Source: Botryllus schlosseri
Lineage: Eukaryota
Length of the DNA stretch: 64,000 nucleotides
Direction of reading: 5' to 3'
Assembly: GCA_051294905.1 (NCBI GenBank)
Contig: CM119372.1
Span: 1,240,001 to 1,304,000 of the forward strand
Below are positions 50,665 through 62,800 of this stretch, one piece after another (position 1 is the first letter of the stretch; each line of letters starts with the position of its first letter). The notes under the pieces were generated by a model that saw nothing but the letters and a program-made list of their open reading frames with translations, ran no database searches and was not told where the DNA came from. A program made the position numbers and the translations under genes.

Positions 50665-51650
50665 TCAGAGGTGGTCAGTAACGAAGTACTTTTACTTCTT
50701 CAATGAAATAACCACTGTACTACATGTACTGTTTACTCAAGTGGTTATGTTTTAGACTACTTCTATACTTCCATTTGACAATTGTCTATTGTTTCGGCAA
50801 GTACTTGATATGATACGTGAAAGTAGAACCAGTAGCGAATCTCTATTCAATTACAAGAAGAGCTGGTCAGTAATGGAGTTCTTCTACTTTTTCGAATTAC
50901 TCAAGTAGATATTGCATACTTGCACTACATGCTCAAGTGGTTATGATTTTGTATAGTACGTCTATTTCTACTTGACAATATTCAGGTTTTTTAAGGCTAA
51001 GCTAGGCCTATAGAATACTTACGTAGGAAATCGCCAGGGTTAGGGTTAGGGTTAAGATCAGGAATTCGCTACTTCTACTTCTACTCGACTAAAAATTCAT
51101 GGCGTTGCTTCTCCTGCTACTTGAGTATCGATGATGATTACTTTGACTCCCGCTGACAAGTAGGAGCAGTATCGTATTTGGTTTACCGAAACTATGGGTT
51201 GGGATTTATTGTTATCTTGCATTTCAATGAGAGATGGTCAAAATATTCGTTGCAGATGCTTGAGTGGAAGAAAAGTAGTCCCGGCCATTCTATACTCAAT
51301 TACAAGTAGAAGTAGTAAATTACGAGGTGGGCCGAAACTATGGGTAGAGATTCATTGTGTTGTTTTAAGGCAAAACTATACACTTTTCGCGATTTGGATA
51401 AGAAGTAGAAAGGAGTTTTGAGGTGCGTTTGCGTTACTTTTACGCGTGAAACAGCCTTGTAATAACCGCTGTATTTATTATCGTACCTATTTGTGGTGAT
51501 ATCATTGAAGATACGCATTTTGCAAGATCGAAAAAAGTCAACAGCGATTCACTGTCAAAAGTACGCGAACCCTAGACCGAATCTACTTTTCGAAGCTACT
51601 TACTCGAGTACTTTTCTGACTATTCAGTTTCTACCTCTACCTGAGTAGTT
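50665..51650. repeat. Cluster of fragments of a CTACTT/TACTCAAGT-rich dispersed repeat
   Basis: Motifs GGTCAGTAA, TACTCAAGTGGTTATG and CTACTTCTAC are shared with 8120-8400, 13030-13250, 37520-37650 and 42420-42960. Confidence 0.6.
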
Positions 51651-53024
51651 TCGACACGTCTTGGAAATCAATATTTCTTGATATCGTTAACCTGAACAAC
51701 TGTGACAAGTATCCCAGTGTCGCTGGGGACTGTTATTTTAAATGCTAAATAGAAGAATTCCATTCTCAACATATGACTCGTGATAGTGGAATGTGTTCTT
51801 GCAATTTCCGAAACTTCAGCGCAATTATTTAAAAGGCTCTACAGTCATTGCTTCATCTAACGGGTAGACATAGGGAATCAATCAGAATGCCTGCATCTAG
51901 ACACCTGTACGTTATAAGAAATAGATAAATATTCCCAGTCTATCAGTCGCAGATTATAATTCCATAACTTCTTGTTATCATGGCTCTGACGTCATGAATA
52001 TTGGCGATATTTTCACATATAATGACCGATACAGATATTTCTTTCGAAGTGCGATATCGACTCGACATTATCGGCTCTGCTTATAAGACGACCACCCAGC
52101 TCTTTCGTAAATTTATCATCCTAACCATGACCCCAGTTTTCTGAACTGTTACATTATACTGCGGACTTAAGAAACATATCCATGAGGATCATTCCCTTTT
52201 CACCATACGAAAATACAATAGCAACCAAGATAAGGTAAAATGTAGTAGAAACTTAAAATCGTTAGCGTTAAGTCAAAGGTATGTATAACATTGGAGGCAA
52301 CCACACCGAAAAAACTTGCAGATGACGTCATTATTGAACAACGGCTAGCGCGAAAGAGAAATCTACATTGGCAAGCACTTTTTGAGTTACGGCATCTTGC
52401 AAATGATCTTGTTTTATTTGGACACGGCGCACTAATGGCGTGGTATAGCCTACTTCAACGATGAAATACTACTTAATATATATGTCTGCTTACCTTAGTA
52501 AGCTGAAATCGTTAATTTCACCGGTTTTCATCCTAACGTAAGATGTATATTAGGCAATTTGGAATTTTCCACCTAAATTGTGATTTCAAACCCTTCACAT
52601 GAGTTAAATAAATGAAATAGCCTACACCGATCATGATGGATATATATCTCAGCGGTGTAGTGGATTCTGTTTTTTCTGTACCACATCTCGAAATCACACA
52701 AAAGTGGTGCACGCAAGCAGACGCACTACCCCCTGGGCCAAATCTCAATTTGGTATCTGAAAGTGCCGTTGGACAAATTTACAACCCGCGTTATGATAGG
52801 AATCCGATAAATACACCTATTTTCCAATCATTGATCTACAGTGCAGGACCGTACCCCATGAATTTAGTCTATCTTATTTCAGTATCAGTGTCATTGTCGT
52901 ATCCAACTGCTTATTCGACTGCTTATCTAACACGGAGATGTCCTCCGAGACTGCAAACTCTGCGTTTTACCGACTATTGAATTTGTTTTATCATCAACAA
53001 GCGTTCGAACGTTACAAATCTCTT

Positions 53025-55087
53025 TTACGTTTGGGTTTGATCGTACGACGGTAATCCTGGATCGGAAACGCCAGCCTTCTCGCCTGTCGTTATTTCGTCG
53101 ATGTCGTTTCGATTCATTTCGATGACTCCCAATTCCATATCGCGCAGGGATCTCACGCTCGTCCTTAAGGCTTGGTTTTCATGATGTAGTTTGTAGGTTT
53201 CTGGCGAATGCTCCTTTTTGTTATTTCTGATTTTCTTCTTGTCTGAAACTGCTCCACCAGATATTTCTTTACCGTCGGCTTTCGGTTTTCTGTTACGATG
53301 AGAATCATATTCATGACCAGCATTTTAAAATATGTTCGTCCGCTCAACCTACACACAGCTAAATACAGGTAATCCAATTTTAATCTAATTAGTGAAATGT
53401 TTCCATGCTGATTTAATTCTAATCTGACTTCTGATTTAAAATGGACTGCGAACTTTATTTTTGCTGTATGCATTTCAAATACGGAATTGATTTCAATTTT
53501 CAAGTTCTATAAAATTCAGTAATTATAATTCTAATGTAATTTGAGAAAGCTGTCCAACTCTGATACAAAGTGGCGGACGAGAAACTTACAATTTCAAGTA
53601 TATTCCACACGATATAAAGAGTGTGCTGAGAGACGCTACTAAAATAACGAAGCAGAACAAGAGCGGATGGAACGGGAGTCCCAAGTTGTCATCCACCGCA
53701 GGAGCCTTGGTAGTTACATCTGCAATAAAAAATCGTTCTCACTCTCACTGTTTTTTCTTCACGACTGTTTATATGCCAAGGTCTTTTGAAATATCTACTG
53801 GTTACTGACGTTTACCACTGAAGAGTGTAAGCGGAAAATAGTCGATTTCATTTCAATATCGATATTATTCAATTGGTTATTATTTCTATTTCTGATCATG
53901 TAGGCTTTCGGATATTCGGCAGACTATAGTTATGTAGGGTTGCCATATTTTGAGATCCGAGAAAGACGACACTTTATAGAAGTTACAAATGATGTGATGA
54001 ATATGGGCACATATGGGCATGCAGCACATGAGCATGTGGATTAAATGACGGGTGAGGGGTGTGTTAGGGAGGGATTTATGGTTGGGTTAGCGTTATGCTT
54101 GGGGAGACGCATGCTGAAGTGTCCCATGCTGAATTGTCGTTTTCTATTGTGTTGCATGCTCATATGTCGGGCAACCATAATGGCCGACCAGTAAAGGGTT
54201 ATTTTTGTCATTTTTACGGAAATATTATTGTGTTGACCAAAATTTGAAAAATGTCATTTTTCTAACCATACTCCCGAAAGACTCGCTTCCCAATAAATCG
54301 GTTGGTATCGACCTTTTTTTACTCGGGCGTGACATCACTGCCATGGAAATTCAGATTTTATGTGATTGATGGCATTTTCATTAGATATCCGTATACAATC
54401 GCATGGCTCTCAGAACCTTAAATGAGAACGAATTGCCAGATATGAGGACATTTGGGGGTCCTCGGAGGACATTTTCGATTTCTTGAAAAGGGAGGACGTA
54501 TGGTGACCCTAAGTTATGTCATCGGACGTAAAGAGTAATAGCTAATTTTGAAAAAGAGATATAGATATATGTTAGCCTTTCGGGTATTTTACAGAGGGCC
54601 AAGGCAGTGTAGCGTCAATATTCAGCAGCTGTTGTTTCAGTACTCACGTCGTTTTGTTTTGTGTTAAAAATCATTTTAATGGTTTTGTTCTTTTAACACT
54701 GTTGTTGAAGCACAGTTCAGTTTGAGCACCAGTATTCTATGATAATGTATTAGGTGTGTAATGTGTGAGAGAGACGAAAATTTTGAGTTCGCCGAAGGCT
54801 TACAGATTAATGTTAGGGTTCTCCATGGTAGCACTAGGATGTTATAACCCCATATCACGAGAGTCGGATGCTAATAATGAGCCAATAGATAAAGTGCCAA
54901 CGCAACGATGGAATATAGCGCATGCGACACTGATATATTCACTTGTATTCTTACCTTGAATTTCACTGTTTGGTGGTGAGGACGTCGACATTTTTCTTAG
55001 CAAATCCTTCCTAATGAACCATCGCGATGTTCCACTACGAAGAGATGGATTCGCAAATCTTGTTTCTGGCTGAACGAATATCCTAAA
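53025..55087 (-). CDS. Single-pass membrane protein gene, at least 3 exons, probable paralogue of 49502-50624
   Basis: Exons 54955-55087 (...MSTSSPPNSEIQ; acceptor uncertain), 53590-53719 (130 nt, phase 1/2; DVTTKAPAVDDNLGLPFHPLLFCFVILVASLSTLFISCGIYLKL) and 53025-53289 (KPKADG...GLPSYDQTQT*). All GT-AG and in frame. Confidence 0.7.
53935..54511. mobile_element. hAT-like MITE (TAGGGT termini)
   Basis: TIR TAGGGTTGCCATA / TATGGTGACCCTA; AGTTATG repeated on both flanks; GAGGAC motifs inside. Confidence 0.8.
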
Positions 55088-58000
55088 CTGAGAGACGCTA
55101 TACTACATACATAAAGGTAAATACCGATTGACTGAGCTGCATTTGACGACACAATTTATCCTACATAGTATACATTGAAATGGATTGAAAATTGTTGCAA
55201 GTCCTAGCTAATTACATGACAAGAAATGCAGGTTGTGGTGCATCGTGGTAACTGCAATTTCTAATGTTGGTGATCGTTTATTACATCACTAAGCATCACC
55301 ACAGCTCAATTAACGGTATGTGGTTTCCTGGTCAATCTGAGTTCGTCGCTGGTGCTGGGACGCGCTCTATAAAACTAATGGTCAGATCACAGACTATGTA
55401 GGCCTACTTCACATTTAAATATAATTAGCGCATGCGGAGACGAGACTTGAACAACTGCATAATTCTAGTAGCCTCTAGTTAGACTATTTAGAGTGAAGTT
55501 CCGGTAATCTAATTCGCCAAATGTTTCTATGCTCCGGTTATATTTCTAATCTAATTTCTGGTTTTGCTGAAAATGCTGCAAGTGAACTGTAAAGTGCAAA
55601 ACGACCGAAGCTTGGTGTACAGACATTTGCCAATCTCGTGCTTATGAGAATGAGCCCTTGATTTGATGTGAACTTATCTTTGATTTTAGTTGTATTTCAT
55701 TCTGATTATGAATTCCACTCGATTTCCAATTTTCTGCGAATTCAGTAATTGTGATTCTAATCTAATTCGTGAAAAACGGCGTAGCCGTCAGTGAAATTGT
55801 GATCTAATTCGGAAAAACGGAATATTTTATATTTGTCCAAATCTGCACGAGACACAACACATACAACGACATCATCATATTAGATCCCTTTAGGGCCTGA
55901 CATTTCTATGGCAGACGGTTTCGTCAATGGGCGTCTGTACTCTCCAAGCTCTGTAACGCTCAACTATATATATTGTAAAGCAAATGAAATATCGACTATC
56001 CCGAGTTGCCTAGGTATCTTTATCGTGCGAGTACATGAACGCGTGACCTTAAAAATACTGATCGTCAAATTGTTGTGGCAATCGAACGTGCTCGAGTGCT
56101 CTTGAATTTATCAATCAACACACAGAAATATGCTATATGTACGGCACATGGCATGATGTTCCGAGCTTACATGCATTGCATATACGATGCTTACACGCAA
56201 TAACGCTGGTGCTGTCATGACTGACGAAATATTCTCCAAAGACTTTGTTTCTCGACCACCAACACAGACTTGGACAGCTAGATCTAATCTAATTCGAATC
56301 TAATTTGTAACACGTTTCTATGCTTTCATTATAATCTAATTTCCAGTTTTCCTGAATTGCTACACGAGAACCATATAGTGCGAAACGAGTCATGCTTGGT
56401 GTGCTGACATTTAACATTCTCATGCATATGAGTATAAATCCTGATTTAGTATGAACTGAGCTTGATTCGGTGCATTTCTTACTACATTGGCTTTCGGTTC
56501 AATATCCAAGTTTTTGCGTATTCTTTTATTCCAATTCTAATCAAATTTTAGTTGAAAAGATTTTAGTTGGCTAACTCTACAACGCCGACTGCTTTTGAAA
56601 TGGTTGTCATGAAGAGCATGCACTAAAGCTTGGAACTATAACGCGTCACGTTAATGAATCGTGCTTGACTCAACAATTGCGAAGTGAGGAGTCATGGGGT
56701 GACTGCTTACGTCATCGGTTGCTGTATGAGACACAAGCGTTGAACGGAGGACACGCTAATGAAGAATTTATCGCATCTATAGGACGGGCATTAAAAGTAA
56801 GCGTAATTTCCGCAGGAATATGATCTGCAGCGGAAATGAGGGAGAACGGCTTATAAACTACATGAAGACACATCGCTTTATCAAGTAGGCTAAGTCGGAC
56901 CACAACTGTGGAATGACTGTGTCATGTCCACATTCAATTCGAAATGCAAGCAGCTTCTACTAAATGAATTCTATTACGGGACCACAATATGATTATCGAC
57001 CTCCCCCCCCACACACACTTGGACAACTAAAAAAGTTTCAGTTTTTCCAAATTAGATTAGAATCAGAATTACTGAATTCGCCAAAACTTGGAAATTGAAA
57101 TAAATTCCAAATTAACAAATACAATAAAAATCAAATTCGGTTCATATCAAATCCGAGTTGATTCCCATAAATATGGGAATGGTAAATGTATGTACACAAA
57201 AGTTTCTCTCGTTTCGTAAGATATCCTATAGATGTCCGGAAGTATTTTCTGAGAAACCAGAAATCTGATTAGAATTAAAATTAGATCATAGAAACATTTC
57301 AATTAATATATTATAGCTAATTTTTCGACATTTCGCTCTGGTCTCATTAGAGAATTAGAATTATCTAGTGTTCGAACTCGGCTGACACATGTCAACCAGT
57401 ATATATCGGTTGTCCTTTCATGTTTTCTTCCATTCTACTTTTCGTTCGGTGTGCATGCCTCTTATTTACATCACCTTGGCCCAGGTGGGTGTCTGATTGC
57501 GAAGTCTACTTGAAGTCGTTTGGACACATTCCTTTTTTGTCATTGTATCACAATCTTGTGGGGCTTTGATGAAATTATTTAAAATGAACTCAACTCAAAC
57601 CGAACGGAAATTTTTAAAGTTACTCGTAATCCAAGATTAGGCCTACTCATTATTTGGTTAGCACCAAAATGTCGTCAAGAGTGGAGATCTTCACCCGAGC
57701 ACTGCTTCGATATTAGTTGCCTAACCTGTTGTTGATAATTAATGGCGTCTCGAAATCTGTGGTTCCTAGGCGACTTATAGCACGGCTCACTTTCGTCCTA
57801 GGATTTTGTGAGACACCGCTTACGCGGATCCCATGGCGATGTGGACCCTATATAATATATCAACTGTAGCAATATTAGCCGCCATATCGAACGCTTTATA
57901 TTTCAACCATACGGTCAGGACACTGAGGAGTAGCATCCAATTTATTGAGAAGCGGCTGCTTGGACTCTCCGATGTGAGACGAATGCGACGTCATCGAAAC

Positions 58001-58325
58001 AGTAGAACACTTTAATATCATGCATTAACAACGAGTTTCATCGATCATTTTTAATAAGTTATTGCAATTAGTAACATATCCCGTTCACGCTGTGCAACCC
58101 TACTTTCGTTGTCCCAATTGTCGAACACCGTTGCTTAGTTCATAATAAGTTGTAATTTATTCATTCAGGTTCTGCGGTACTGCCTGATTTGAATTTCCTG
58201 GCGACCATGACGCACTAGGCCATGAATGGCGATAAACACCACTAATATATGTAATAATAATAAACATTGCCAATTCTTCATCTACCGCAATGCTGTAATC
58301 TTACCTCTTCACCTATTACATAGGA

Positions 58326-58645
58326 TAGGGTTACCATATTTTGGAAATCTAAAAAGAGGATACTTCGGTGAATTTTTCCCACTTTGTGATCGGTTGACTA
58401 AAAAAATGGTCAACTTTCACGCTCAGAGCCCAAAATACCGTTTCTTCTCCACATTGCCGGTTGGTTGACTAAAATAAAAAAAGGTCAACTTTTCGCCCGG
58501 CTGGAGCGTCACTTCTGTGCTAATTTACGGCATATCACTCGGATTATTTTCAAAAAAGAGGACAAAAGGGCGTCCTCCGAGGACACTTTCAAAAAAGTCA
58601 AAAAAGAGGACAAATCCTCTTAAAAGAGGGCGTATGGTAACCCTA
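58326..58645. mobile_element. hAT-like MITE, 320 bp
   Basis: Perfect TIR TAGGGTTACCATA; perfect 8-bp TSD ACATAGGA (58318-58325, 58646-58653). Relative near 39803-40157. Confidence 0.9.
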
Positions 58646-58693
58646 ACATAGGAATAACAATTTGACTGCATTCCTGAGATTTTAAAAATTTAC

Positions 58694-58695
<2 letters not shown>

Positions 58696-58728
<33 letters not shown>

Positions 58729-58945
58729 TGGTTTATTAGCAATTTTATCAGTTCCATACACCACAAAAATGCGATACAATGAAAAGATAGGAAGGTGTCG
58801 AATCGACTTGGAGTAGTCTATGGAATCACACACCCACCTTGGCCTTGGCGATGTAAAGAGAAGGCATGCACACTGAATGAAAAGTAAAAGAAGATAGTAT
58901 AGTATTGAAAAAAAAAGCAAGCGACAAAATTGAGGTGGCGTGTCA
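58696..58945 (-). mobile_element. Second copy of the non-LTR 3' end with (ATG)11 tail
   Basis: Shares ATTGGTTTATTAGCAATTTTATCAGTTC...CACCACAAAAATGCGATACAATGAAAAGA...CACCCACCTTGGCCT with 33260-33530. Confidence 0.8.
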
Positions 58946-59592
58946 TGGAGGGAACATTAGGGAGCAGGTTTCTCCGGGGATTATGTGTGTATTCACCAGT
59001 TTTACCGTGAATAAAGAATATAATATATAATATCAATATTAGGGTTGGGTACTAGAATCTGAATCGAGTATTAATTCGAATGATTCGTGTCGTATAGTGA
59101 GAGATGATTTTCGAGCAATGAAATGATACGCTCCTTGCCACTGTAAGAGTTCAAGTAACAACGAGAATTATAGTTTCGATACACTGTGGCTGTAATCCAC
59201 AATTGGTCGTATCATCGAGACATGTAGTACGAAGCTATATACTCTCGTGGCATGGTTGAAAAAATTGCCCAACAAGCTTTAATGTGATGCAGCCAGATCA
59301 TTCTATTCTTTGTGGTCGCGTAAAATGGTACATATTTGAACTTACCCCATTTTTCATACTCGATTCAGAAGGTTTCGGACAACATGCGGCGATCTTTTTG
59401 GGCCATGGTTTATTGCCCTCGATTTTGCTGGAGAACGGTATGATTGTGACGTTTAAAAGCCAAGGAAGATCCCCAATATTTGAGACCACGTCTTTCCGAA
59501 GCGAATACTTTCATTTCGGTCGTTACAAGTTTCATTTCGTGCAAAGCACCGGAATGAGAAATATCAATATTGGTATAATCGATTGAGACTAT

Positions 59593-59776
59593 TGTGGTGT
59601 TAGTAATCATTGTTGATGTAATCATTACGCTTCTTTATATTGCACCCGCTGTCGTGGGTATGGTCATTCCTTATTTGCCGAGTTGCTGTTAGTTGTACGT
59701 CTCGCTAATATTAAAGTAGTATTGGACTCAGCGTTCTGCGTTCCTGGTCATTGGATATTGGGTCTAAGTCAGGACA
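59593..59776 (+). repeat. 5' LTR (184 bp)
   Basis: Identical by eye to 63636-63819; TATA-like TTTATAT near 59634; ATTAAA at 59710-59715. Confidence 0.97.
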
Positions 59777-59801
59777 GTCTACTTTAATATTTTCTTGAAG
59801 C

Positions 59802-62800
59802 ATGGCCGAAAGACTGAGATCGCCAGATCGATTGAGCATCGATCCAGAGGATTCCAGGGCACCAACGTTGTTTCGCCACTGGAAGCGACAGCTCACTGAA
59901 CATTTCACGGAGCTCGAGGAGCGTCGGAAGGAGAATGACCCTCATGTGAACAAGCTCAGAGTTTTGATCCGTGCCGTGAGCTCCGAAGTCTACGGTTACA
60001 TTGCCGATGCTACAACGTTCGACGCCGCCATGAAGTCGCTTGGGGAAAGGTTCGAGAAGACTATCAACACTGTCTATGCAAGACACCTGTTGGTGAGTCG
60101 GCATAGGAAAAGTGGGGAATCGATCGCGGCGTTTCATCAGACGCTCGTGGAACTCGCTCGCAACTGCGAGTTCACTGCGGTTTCTGCGGCAGAGCACCGA
60201 AATGAAGCTCTGCGCGATGCATTCGTGAATGGACTGAATATACCGTTCATACAGCAGCGCCTGTTGGAAAAGAGTGATCTGAAGATTGATTCGGCGCTAG
60301 AATTAGCACAGACCTTGGATCAAGCTGCAAAGTATTCGGCTGATGTGTCTGCTAATAGCAATCTAGCGATGGCGAGAAATCCTGATTACTCGAGTTCTAC
60401 CTTCACAGAGTCGCAATCTTCACGAAGCCCTTCTGGTCGAGATTCTGATGGTGATAAAATCGCTGCAGTTCGTAGACGAAAACATCAGAAGCGGAAGAAA
60501 AAGAAATGTCGGTATTGCGGGGAACGCAAGCACGACGGTAAGGGCTGCCCTGCGTACAAGGCTCGTTGTTATAACTGCGGGCGTAAAGGACATTACGCAA
60601 AAGTGTGCGAGTCAAAGCCGCAGACGGAGTCGCCTATGTCGGCAGCTGTTCATGCCTCTGCCGACTTGCAGCGTCGCGCTGTTCTGGCCGGCGCCCCGAC
60701 ATGCCTAGGCAAGGCTGTCGTACCCATATATTTGAGGAGGAGAAAGTTGAAATCCCTGTTCGACACCGGGGCTGCTATTAACTTCATTGACGCGCGGCGA
60801 GCGCGGAAGTTGGGGATGAAGTGGAGAGGCGGATCATCGTCGGCTGATCTTGCGGTTAAGAACACATCTGCAGAAATCTTGGGTTTCGTGTGGACAGATT
60901 TCACTTGTTGCGGTCGGCGCTACCGAAGCATCAAGTTCGCCGTTATGAAGGACCTTTGTGCTGATGTTATCATCGGACATACATTCATGGAGAAACATCG
61001 CTCCATAATATTTCCGATGGGAGGGGATCTTCCACCACTGAATATAAAGGAGTTGGCAGACGCCGGTGAGGAGTGTCTCGTTGATGATAATCAGGCGAAA
61101 TCTGTTCCCACCACCGACCCTACTGTGTCTGTTGCAGCTGCCAACGGTCTGGAAGAACCGAGATTGTTTGAATTCATGACTCCGGATTGTCACCCTATTG
61201 CTTCGCGCTCGCGAAACTACAGCGAGGATGACAAGTCGTTTATTAATGCGGAGATCAAGAGGATGCTCGAATCGGGTACAATTGAACATAGCCGTTCACC
61301 TTGGAGAGCCCAACTTGTTGTAGTAAAGAGTAACCGTAAAAAGAGGTTGGCTGTGGACTACTCTACAACGGTAAATCGTTTCACGTGTCCAGATGCGTAT
61401 CCGTTACCTCGTATCGAAGATCTCGTTAACAAAGTTGCCCTAGACAAGTGGTATAGCAGCATCGATCTGAAAGAGGCATACCACCAGCTGAAAATTCGTG
61501 ATGACGAAAAGATTTACACTGCATTTGAAGCCAACGGGAAACTCTATCAGTTCCGGCGCGTTCCTTTTGGAGTAACCAATGGCGTGGCAGCGTTTCAGCG
61601 GGTGATGGATAAATTCATCGAGAATAATAACTTGAAGAAAGTCTACGCATATCTGGATGACTTGACAGTTACTGGGGCGACGAGAGACGAACACGATGAG
61701 AACTTACGAAAATTGCTAGATGCAGCGGCCGAGGTAGGACTGCATATCAACGAAGAGAAAAGTAAGTTTGCTCAAACTAGTTTGAATATACTTGGTTACG
61801 AGATCTCTCATGGAAAAGTAAGTCCTGATCGAGAGCGAATGAAACCTTTGATCGAGATGAAAGAACCGACAACACCAAAAGAGTTGGCAAGAATCAAAGG
61901 TTTGTTTGCTTACTATGCTCGCTGGATACCTGATTTCTCTACTCGTATCCGGCCCTTAAACGTGAGTGAGCTGCCTCTGGATTCAGAGGCTATCAAGGCA
62001 TTCATAACATTGAAGGATGATCTCGCTAAAGCTAGTCTTTGTGCAATCCGCGATGATTTGCCGTTTCAGGTTGAAACCGATGCATCAGATGTGGGCATAG
62101 CCGGCGTTTTGGCTCAGGGTGGCCGCCCTGTTGCATTCATGGCGAGAACACTAAGCAAACACGAGCGGAACTACCCTGCAATCGAAAAAGAAGCTCTAGC
62201 TATTATCGAAGCGATCCGGAAATGGGAACACTTCTTGAAGGGTCGTCACTTCACATTAACTACTGATCAGAAGTCTGTATCGTTCATTTTTGACAAGAGA
62301 AACCGAGGGAAGATCAAGAACGCGAAACTTACAGCGTGGCGGTTGGAACTTGGACAGATGTATTACGATATATGTCACAGACCAGGTAGGCTGAACATTG
62401 TTCCTGATGCATTGTCTAGACATGTCGCAGCGAGCATCCCAACGACTATGCAACTTCAAGAAATTCATGACGCTCTAGGTCATCCTGGCATGGCTCGACT
62501 GGGTCATTTTGTTCGAAATAGAAACCTTCCTTACACCACCGAGGAAGTCAAGGCTATATGTAGGAACTGCAGGGTCTGTGCAGAACTGAAGCCAAGGTTC
62601 TTCAAAAGAAATCCTATTCCATTGGTAAAGGCTTCGAAACCCTGGGAACGGTTGTCCATGGATTTTAAAGGCCCAGTAAAAGGTCAGTTTCCTCATGTTC
62701 TTATAGTTGTTGATGAATACAGCAGATTCCCGTTTGCCTTCCCGTGTAAAACGACAACGTCGGAGGCTGTAATTGAATGCCTTGAGGATCTATTCAGTGT

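Noticed and set aside
51037..51053. Telomeric TTAGGG repeats (also near 142-152 and 36163-36176)
   Set aside because: Only two to three units, embedded in dispersed repeats.
58690..58920. ORF ending in poly-Met
   Set aside because: Translation of the (ATG)11 retroelement tail.
59777..59801. Canonical tRNA primer-binding site
   Set aside because: No TGG follows the LTR and I recognise no tRNA 3' end complement. A formal tRNA search was not possible.
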